From an uncultured Acidimicrobiia bacterium (GTDB lineage Bacteria; Actinomycetota; Acidimicrobiia; Spongiisociales; UBA4744): a stretch of DNA of 63,974 nucleotides. Below the pieces are notes generated by a model. The model had not been told where the DNA came from. It searched no databases and was given only the letters and a program-made list of their open reading frames with translations. Position numbers and translations under genes: made by a program. The first letter of the stretch is position 1. Each line of letters begins with the position of its first letter. Below, piece by piece: positions 57,597 to 63,974 of this stretch. The stretch covers positions 1 through 63,974 of the forward strand of contig CAZBXV010000005.1 in NCBI GenBank assembly GCA_964496205.1, read 5' to 3'.

Positions 57597-58190
57597 GTGG
57601 TCATCGAGCACCCCCACGAGATGGTGCAAGCCCAGGTGGCCGACCTCGGCCAGCGCCTCAGAGAAGCTCGACGGGGCCGATTCACGGTCAAGGAACTGGC
57701 ATCGGCCGCAGGAGTCAGCAGCGGACTCATCAGCGAGATCGAAAACGGTCAGGGCAACCCGTCGTTTCGTTCTTTGTATCGCATAAGCCAGGCGCTTGGA
57801 CTGCGTGTTGGAGACTTGTTATCCCCTCAATCCGAGCAGCAGCACACGGCTGCAGAGGTGGTCCGCCGTGACCAGCGAAAGCTTCTACGACTTGGGGAGA
57901 ACGGTCTGACGTGGCAGCTGCTCACGCCGAATCTACAAGGACGGCTCGAGGTGCTGAGGACCTCCATCCCGCCTGGCTTCACCAACGAGGAGGCACCCTT
58001 TCAACATGAGGGTGAGGAGTGTGTGCTTCTGCTCACCGGCACTCAGCTGCACGTGACCGTCGCAGGTGAACTGTTCACCCTGGAGGAGGGCGACGCCATC
58101 ACGTACGACTCGAGACACGTTCACTGGTGGAGCAATCCCACCGAGACCGCCGCGTCTGTCGTCGGGGTAGTGACACCACCAAGTTTCTAG
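57597..58190 (+). CDS. XRE-family HTH regulator with a C-terminal cupin domain
   Basis: LGQRLREARRGRFTVKELASAAGVSSGLISEIENGQGNPS (HTH_3). C-terminal cupin region with GEECVLLL...GDAITYDS. Confidence 0.87.
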   Translation: MVIEHPHEMVQAQVADLGQRLREARRGRFTVKELASAAGVSSGLISEIENGQGNPSFRSLYRISQALGLRVGDLLSPQSEQQHTAAEVVRRDQRKLLRLGENGLTWQLLTPNLQGRLEVLRTSIPPGFTNEEAPFQHEGEECVLLLTGTQLHVTVAGELFTLEEGDAITYDSRHVHWWSNPTETAASVVGVVTPPSF

Positions 58191-58233
58191 CCGACAGGGA
58201 GAACAAGAAGGAGAAGGAAAGAAGGAGGAGAGG

Positions 58234-59853
58234 ATGAGACAACGAGGAACCCAATGGAGGGTCCTGATCCTGCTGCTCGCGCTTGCTCTCATGGCGGGTG
58301 CGTGCGGCACGGGTGGAAGCGTCGATATCACGACAACGACAGCGGCCGCGACCACAACGACCGCGCCGGCGACCGAAACCACGAGTGGAGCAACCACAAC
58401 AACCGCCTCGGGCAGCACAGGGGACATCGTTCTCGTTGCGGCCCAAGGCGCCGAGCCTGACACGCTCGATCCCCACATGACCAGTTCCTATGCCAGCTTC
58501 CAGGTGCTCGAGAACGTGTACGACACCCTGGTTCAGCCGGCGGCGGATCTCTCCATGGAGCCGGCCTTGGCAGAGAGCTGGGACATCAGCGACGACAACC
58601 TGACCTGGACCTTCCACCTCCGGCAAGGGGTGAAATTCCAGAACGGTCGAGACCTCGTTGCAGACGATGTGGTGTACAGCTTCAACCGGGTCATCAATGA
58701 GGGCCTCAACGGCTGGCGCTTCGCTGCGGTCGATACCATCACCGCGCCGGACGACTCAACCGTTGTGATCACCCTGACCCAGCCAAGCCCCAACCTGCTC
58801 GTGTCGATCGGGGGATTCAAGGGCATGGCGATCATCCCGAAGGAGATCGTGGACGATGGTTCGATCGCGACGAATCCGGTCGGAACCGGTCCGTTCCGTT
58901 TCGTTTCGCAGTCCCCTGATCAGGGCATCGTGCTCGAGAAGAACCCGGACTACTGGCGGGCCGACGAAGGGCTTCCCAAGCTCGACGGTATCCGCTTCGT
59001 CCAGATCCCGGACGCCGGAACCAAACTGACTGCGCTTCAGACAGGCGAAGTGCAGTGGATCGATTCGGTACCACCGCAGAACGTCGACTCCTTGTCGGCC
59101 GCTGACGGCATCACGGTCGGCAGGGTTCCGGGCGGCGACTACCACTACTTCGCTCTGAACGAGAACCGGCAACCATTCGATGATGTCCGTGTGCGTCAGG
59201 CGCTGGCGAATGCGATCAACCGTCCCGAAATCGCGGAAGCAGCCCAGTTCGGCGCCGCGACCCCGAACGAGACGGCCATCCCGGCTTCGAACAAGGCCTG
59301 GTACTTCGACTATGCGCCTTTCGCAACTGCTGACACGGCAACGGCACAGTCGTTGCTCGATGCAGCCGGTGTGTCTGATCTCAGCATCGAGTTCATGGTG
59401 ACGAGCGACTTCCCAGAAACGGTGACACAGGCCCAGGTCATCGCTGCCGAACTGGCTGCGATCGGTGTAACCGTCACGATCTCGGATGTCGATTTCAACA
59501 CCTGGCTCGATCGTGAGGCGAACGGCGATTTCGACGCCTTCATGCTGAGCTGGGTCGGCAACATCGATCCGGACGACTTCTACTACGCCCAGCACCACAC
59601 GGACGGCAACTTCAACTTCCAGGGGTACTCCAACGCGGAGGTCGATTCCCTACTGGATCAGGCGAGGATTGAAACCGACCAGGCGGCCCGCAAGGCGTTG
59701 TATGACCAGGCGGCGAAGATCATCGTCGACGAAGCGTCATACACCTACCTGTACAACCCTGACAACATCAACGCCTGGCGCGATGAGGTCGTCGGGTACA
59801 TGACGAGAGGCGACAAGGCCGTTCGCTTTGTCGAGACCTCGCTCAACCAGTAG
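58234..59853 (+). CDS. ABC substrate-binding lipoprotein, family 5 (peptide/nickel/opine type) with a Thr-rich linker
   Basis: 539 aa. Lipobox LMAGAC. WTFHLRQGVKFQNG and NPDYW motifs. Confidence 0.9.
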   Translation: MRQRGTQWRVLILLLALALMAGACGTGGSVDITTTTAAATTTTAPATETTSGATTTTASGSTGDIVLVAAQGAEPDTLDPHMTSSYASFQVLENVYDTLVQPAADLSMEPALAESWDISDDNLTWTFHLRQGVKFQNGRDLVADDVVYSFNRVINEGLNGWRFAAVDTITAPDDSTVVITLTQPSPNLLVSIGGFKGMAIIPKEIVDDGSIATNPVGTGPFRFVSQSPDQGIVLEKNPDYWRADEGLPKLDGIRFVQIPDAGTKLTALQTGEVQWIDSVPPQNVDSLSAADGITVGRVPGGDYHYFALNENRQPFDDVRVRQALANAINRPEIAEAAQFGAATPNETAIPASNKAWYFDYAPFATADTATAQSLLDAAGVSDLSIEFMVTSDFPETVTQAQVIAAELAAIGVTVTISDVDFNTWLDREANGDFDAFMLSWVGNIDPDDFYYAQHHTDGNFNFQGYSNAEVDSLLDQARIETDQAARKALYDQAAKIIVDEASYTYLYNPDNINAWRDEVVGYMTRGDKAVRFVETSLNQ

Positions 59854-59910
59854 GCGAATGCATCGGTGGGACCCGGAATCGGGCCCCACCGATGTTCTCC
59901 GGGAGGGAGA

Positions 59911-60855
59911 ATGACCGGATTCCTGGCGCGACGCATCCTGCAGATGCTCCTTGCACTGCTGGGCGTCAGCATTGTCGTGTTCGCCTTGATCCACCTCGTG
60001 CCGGGTGATCCCGTGCGGGTCGCGCTCGGAACCCGGTTCGATCAGGAGCTCTACGACACGCTGCGCCACCGGGTCGGGCTCGACAAGCCTCTCATCGAGC
60101 AGTATTTCTCGTGGCTCAGCCACGCCCTGACGGGCGATCTCGGCGTCAGCTTCCGTAACGGCCAGCCGGTCACCACGCTCATTGTTCAACGGCTCCCCGC
60201 GACGGTGACGCTGGCGCTTGCAGCGCTGTTCATAGCCCTCGTGGTCGCCCTACCGGCAGGCATCATCTCCGCCATACGGTCGGGCAGCCCCCTCGACTAT
60301 GCGGTGACTGCCGCCAGCCAGGTTGGGGTTTCGATGCCGGACTTTTGGGCGGGCGTCATGTACATCCTCCTGTTTGCCCTCACCCTTGGCTGGTTGCCGT
60401 CGTCCGGCTATGTGTCGTTCCTGGAGAGCCCAGTGGAATGGCTGCGCCATCTGTTGCTGCCTGCGCTCACCGTCGGTCTCATTTCCGGCTCGATCATCAC
60501 CCGCTTCGTCCGATCGTCGGTGTTGGAGGCACTCAACCAGGACTACGTTCGCACTGCCCGAGCCAAGGGCCTCTCTGAGTGGCAGATCGTCCGCGCACAC
60601 GTTCTCCCCAACGCCTGGATTCCGATCGTGACCGTCGTGGGACTCCAGCTCGGTTTCCTCCTAGGCGGCGTGGTCGTGACCGAGTTCGTCTTCGCCTGGC
60701 CGGGGCTGGGTCGACTCGCCCTGCTCGCGGTGAAGGATCGCGACTACACGGTGCTCCAGGGGGCGGTCCTCTACATCGCATTCATGTTCTTGACGATCAA
60801 CCTCATTGTCGATGTCATCTATGCCCGTCTCGACCCGCGGGTGCGTGTCTCATGA
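59911..60855 (+). CDS. ABC permease (DppB/OppB-type)
   Basis: ATG at 59911 (MTGFLARRILQML...HLVPGDP) with GGGAGGGAG upstream. Confidence 0.9.
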   Translation: MTGFLARRILQMLLALLGVSIVVFALIHLVPGDPVRVALGTRFDQELYDTLRHRVGLDKPLIEQYFSWLSHALTGDLGVSFRNGQPVTTLIVQRLPATVTLALAALFIALVVALPAGIISAIRSGSPLDYAVTAASQVGVSMPDFWAGVMYILLFALTLGWLPSSGYVSFLESPVEWLRHLLLPALTVGLISGSIITRFVRSSVLEALNQDYVRTARAKGLSEWQIVRAHVLPNAWIPIVTVVGLQLGFLLGGVVVTEFVFAWPGLGRLALLAVKDRDYTVLQGAVLYIAFMFLTINLIVDVIYARLDPRVRVS

Positions 60856-61754
60856 CCTCGGATACCGACCGTCTGGCAACCAAGCCCGCTTCTCAGGGTC
60901 GTGAGATCCTTCGGGCGCTGCTCTCGAACAAGCTCGCGGTCGTCGGTCTGGTCGTACTGGGGCTTCTCATCTTCGTCGGCATCTTCGGCAAGGCGATCGC
61001 CCCTTACGGAGTGAACGACATCGACATCCCCAACCGTCTGAGCGGCCCCACCGCGCTGCATTGGTTCGGAACCGACAATCTAGGCCGCGACACCTTCAGC
61101 CGTGTTCTCGTTGCTGCGAGGGTGTCTCTCCAGGTGGGGTTCATCGCCGTCGGGTTCGCCCTCGTCGTCGGAGTCCCGATCGGCCTTATCGCCGGGTACT
61201 ACCGGGGCGGCGTCGACTCGACCCTCATGCGGCTGATGGACATTCTGTTCTCGTTCCCGGCGATTCTCCTGGCGATCGCCATCCTGGCTGTGCTCGGTCC
61301 CAACATCACCAACGCGATGATCGCCATCGGGATCGTCTACACGCCAATCTTCGCGAGGATCACGAGAGGCAGCGTGCTGGTGGTCTCGGAGGAGGTGTAT
61401 GTCAGGGCAGCCCGTTCCCTGGGCGCCACGAACCGGCGCATTCTCTTCCGGCACATCCTGCCCAATGTGGCAGCACCGATCATCGTTCAGACGACGCTGT
61501 CACTCGCCTTCGCAATACTGTCGGAAGCGGCCCTTTCGTTTCTCGGGCTCGGGGTACAGCCACCCAACCCGGCATGGGGTCGGATGCTCGCCGACGGCCG
61601 CGAGTACTTCCAGCAGGACCCATGGATGGGCGTCTTCCCCGGTCTCGCCATCCTCGTGACCGTTATGGCCTTCAATTTCGTTGGTGACGGCCTACGCGAC
61701 GCTCTGGATCCCAAACAGAAGTCCGTCATCGAATCGCGGGGACAGTCCGCATGA
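60852..61754 (+). CDS. ABC permease (DppC/OppC-type)
   Basis: ATG at 60852 overlaps the upstream stop (ATGA). HWFGTDNLGRD and EAALSFLGLG motifs. Confidence 0.9.
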   Translation: MTSDTDRLATKPASQGREILRALLSNKLAVVGLVVLGLLIFVGIFGKAIAPYGVNDIDIPNRLSGPTALHWFGTDNLGRDTFSRVLVAARVSLQVGFIAVGFALVVGVPIGLIAGYYRGGVDSTLMRLMDILFSFPAILLAIAILAVLGPNITNAMIAIGIVYTPIFARITRGSVLVVSEEVYVRAARSLGATNRRILFRHILPNVAAPIIVQTTLSLAFAILSEAALSFLGLGVQPPNPAWGRMLADGREYFQQDPWMGVFPGLAILVTVMAFNFVGDGLRDALDPKQKSVIESRGQSA

Positions 61755-62737
61755 GCGAGCCGGTCCTCACCATCCGGGACCTCGCCGTCCGTTTCGGTAC
61801 GAAACGCGGGATCGCCGAAGTCGTCAACGGAATCTCGTACGATCTCCACGCCGGTGAGACACTGGCCATCGTCGGCGAATCGGGCTCAGGGAAGAGCGTC
61901 GGCGTGCTCGCCATCATGGGACTGCTCGCCCAACCCCCCGCTGCCGTTTCCGGTTCGGTTCGCTACCGGGGCAACGAGTTGCTCACAATGACCCCGAAGG
62001 AGCTCCGAACCATTCGCGGGAAGGGTCTCGCGATGATCTTCCAGGACCCCATGACGTCTCTCAACCCGGTACGGACCGTCGGATACCAGATCACCGAGCC
62101 CATGACACTCCACCTCGACCTCGACCCCGATAGCGCCCACGACCGCGCTGTCGAATTGCTCGACTTGGTCGGAATACCCTCGCCCGCGGCTCGGTATGAC
62201 GAGTACCCGCACCAGCTCTCCGGCGGGATGCGCCAAAGGGTGATGATCGCCATGGCGCTCGCGTGCAACCCGGACGTTCTCATCGCTGACGAGGCAACCA
62301 CCGCTCTCGACGTCACCACGCAGGCCCAAATCACGGAACTCGTGGCCGATCTGCAAGACAAGATCGGGATGGCCGTGATCTGGATCACTCACGATCTCGG
62401 CGTCGTCGCCAGCATCGCCGACAGGGTTCACGTCATGTACGGAGGACGCTTCATGGAGGAGGCGCTGGTGGACGACCTCTATGCGTCTCCGCGCCACCCC
62501 TACACCGAGGGTCTGCTCGGGTCGCTGCCGATGCCGGGAGCCGAACGCCCCGACAAGCTCATGACGATCGCCGGTCTGCCACCTGACCCGGTCGCGATGC
62601 CGGCCGGCTGCCCGTTCGCCCCGCGTTGTCGCTACACCGATCACGATCGCTGCAGTCGAGAGGTTCCGGGTTTGGATTCGCTTGGCGCCAATCACGAGGC
62701 AGCTTGCTTCTACCCACTGGTACCGGCTCATGAGTGA
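61751..62737 (+). CDS. ABC ATP-binding protein (DppD/OppD-type)
   Basis: [16 protein letters not shown], and the C-terminal oligopeptide-type Cys motif CPFAPRC. Confidence 0.92.
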   Translation: MSEPVLTIRDLAVRFGTKRGIAEVVNGISYDLHAGETLAIVGESGSGKSVGVLAIMGLLAQPPAAVSGSVRYRGNELLTMTPKELRTIRGKGLAMIFQDPMTSLNPVRTVGYQITEPMTLHLDLDPDSAHDRAVELLDLVGIPSPAARYDEYPHQLSGGMRQRVMIAMALACNPDVLIADEATTALDVTTQAQITELVADLQDKIGMAVIWITHDLGVVASIADRVHVMYGGRFMEEALVDDLYASPRHPYTEGLLGSLPMPGAERPDKLMTIAGLPPDPVAMPAGCPFAPRCRYTDHDRCSREVPGLDSLGANHEAACFYPLVPAHE

Positions 62738-63731
62738 CTTCCTGCTCGAAGTCCGGGATCTCCAGGTCCACTTCCCGGTATACGACACAGGGGTGATCCG
62801 CCACCATGTCAACGACGTCAAAGCCGTTGACGGCGTCAGTTTCAAGGTGCAGCGAGGCGAGACACTCGGCCTCGTCGGCGAGTCCGGATGCGGCAAGACG
62901 ACCACCGGCTTGGCGCTCCTCCGGCTGATCGATCCGACCGGTGGCGAGGTCTGGTTCGACGGCGCCGAGATGAGTGCCCTCTCCCCGGGCGAGTTGCGTG
63001 CAATGCGAAAGCGTATGGCGATGATCTTCCAGGACCCCTACGCATCACTCGATCCTCGCATGTCGATCGGCAAGATCGTCGCCGAACCATTGGCGATCCA
63101 TGGTCTCATCAAGAGGGGGCGCCAGCGCGACAACCGTGTCGGTGAGCTCTTGGAGATGGTCGGTTTGAGTCCCGACTACCGCAATCGCTATCCCCACGAG
63201 TTCTCAGGAGGCCAGCGACAGCGGGTTGGGATCGCACGTGCCCTCGCCACGGAGCCAGACTTCGTGGTGTGCGACGAGCCGATCGCCGCACTCGACGTCT
63301 CGATCCAGGCGGGTGTGATGAACCTCCTGGAAGACCTGCAACGGGACCTCGGACTCACCTATCTTTTCATCGCCCACGACCTCTCTGCTGTTCAGCATTT
63401 CAGCGATCAGATCGCGGTCATGTACCTGGGCCGCATCGTCGAGGTCGCCGACCGAGTCGGGCTCTACGAACAACCGATGCACCCATACACAGAAGCACTG
63501 CTCTCAGCGGTGCCCATTCCGAACCCGGCCGTCGAACGTGGGCGAACACGAATCATCCTCGAGGGTGACGTACCTAGCCCAATCGATCCGCCGTCAGGGT
63601 GCAACTTCCACCCACGTTGTCCGAAGGCGTTCGAATCATGTCCAGCGCGTGACCCGGCACTGTTCGAGATCGGCGATCACCAGGTTGCGTGCCTTCTCTA
63701 CGAGGACGACCGCAGTCGATCGGCTGGTTGA
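62730..63731 (+). CDS. ABC ATP-binding protein (DppF/OppF-type)
   Basis: ATG at 62730 ([15 protein letters not shown]) with an 8-nt overlap. [24 protein letters not shown]. Confidence 0.92.
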   Translation: MSDFLLEVRDLQVHFPVYDTGVIRHHVNDVKAVDGVSFKVQRGETLGLVGESGCGKTTTGLALLRLIDPTGGEVWFDGAEMSALSPGELRAMRKRMAMIFQDPYASLDPRMSIGKIVAEPLAIHGLIKRGRQRDNRVGELLEMVGLSPDYRNRYPHEFSGGQRQRVGIARALATEPDFVVCDEPIAALDVSIQAGVMNLLEDLQRDLGLTYLFIAHDLSAVQHFSDQIAVMYLGRIVEVADRVGLYEQPMHPYTEALLSAVPIPNPAVERGRTRIILEGDVPSPIDPPSGCNFHPRCPKAFESCPARDPALFEIGDHQVACLLYEDDRSRSAG

Positions 63732-63755
63732 AAGAGTGGGCGGGCCACCGCGGAT

Positions 63756-63786
63756 ATGAACGGGTCGGCCACCCTTCGGGGGCCGG
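63756..63786 (+). terminator. candidate intrinsic terminator after the ABC operon
   Basis: CGGCC-ACCC-TTCG-GGGG-CC-GGCCG followed by TTTGTT. The stem is imperfect. Confidence 0.35.
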
Positions 63787-63974
63787 CCGTTTGTTCCTCA
63801 GTGAGGCAGGGCCTGGCGACCGTGGAGTGTTCGGCCGCCCAGCCCATGGATCTAGGTGTTCGAGATATCCCCGACACGCCACGACAGATCACCGCCGATG
63901 CCACGTACTGATCCTCCCCTCCGAAGAGGATGAACAGCCCCATGAGCAGGGCAATGCCGCCGACGATGCCGAGC

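Noticed and set aside
63698-63974. Minus-strand ORF entering from the right edge (…LGIVGGIALLMGLFILFGGEDQYV…), which might be the end of a membrane protein
   Set aside because: Only one TM-like stretch is visible. The rest of the ORF runs through the putative terminator hairpin and overlaps the 3' end of the ABC ATPase by 34 nt. There is too little evidence to call a gene or its true stop.
1-63974. Mobile elements, integrases, tRNA/rRNA genes, toxin-antitoxin pairs and recognisable phage-defence systems
   Set aside because: I scanned every intergenic gap over 50 nt and all ORFs without a family. I saw no transposase or integrase motifs, no cloverleaf-sized conserved RNA, no terminal inverted repeats flanking genes, and no obvious shift in composition apart from the short AT-rich padR promoter patch.

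Overview
This is a high-GC, Actinomycetota-like chromosomal window. It is densely coding, with about 58 CDS. I found no rRNA, tRNA, CRISPR array, IS element or integrase. The ORF track accepts ATG, GTG and TTG starts and always takes the longest ORF, so I trimmed many 5' ends to starts that have a Shine-Dalgarno (SD) sequence or an ATGA/GTGA stop-start overlap.

- **1-14.5 kb, minus strand: conserved housekeeping block.** The order is relA (partial, missing from the ORF track), apt, secF, secD, yajC, tgt, queA, ruvB, ruvA, ruvC, yebC, pdxT, pdxS, then a mycobacterial-type phosphatidylinositol/PIM operon (pgsA, acyltransferase, pimA-like).
- **14.5-24.8 kb: mixed genes.** These are an EF-G paralogue, citrate synthase, an MMPL transporter, thrS, a kinase-fold protein, a small zinc-ribbon protein and a patatin-like lipase.
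- **24.8-49.6 kb: the most interesting part, a purine/N-heterocycle catabolic supercluster.** It holds an adenine deaminase-type enzyme, an 8-oxoguanine-deaminase-type amidohydrolase and three separate molybdenum-hydroxylase (xanthine dehydrogenase family) systems. It also holds a BMP-family nucleoside ABC importer, an xdhD-like/ssnA-like/ygfK-like operon of unresolved biochemistry, and pncB.
- **49.6-64 kb: mixed genes and signs of decay.** These are a VOC protein, a secreted small protein and an OmpR/HK pair. Next is a small respiratory locus that appears to be decaying: a DoxX gene, a haem-binding-domain gene with an in-frame TAA, and an N-terminally truncated NDH-2. After that come PadR plus a membrane protein, a DUF1028-type protein, a cupin-XRE regulator and a five-gene peptide-type ABC transporter.

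All family names come from motif recognition by eye. No database search was run.
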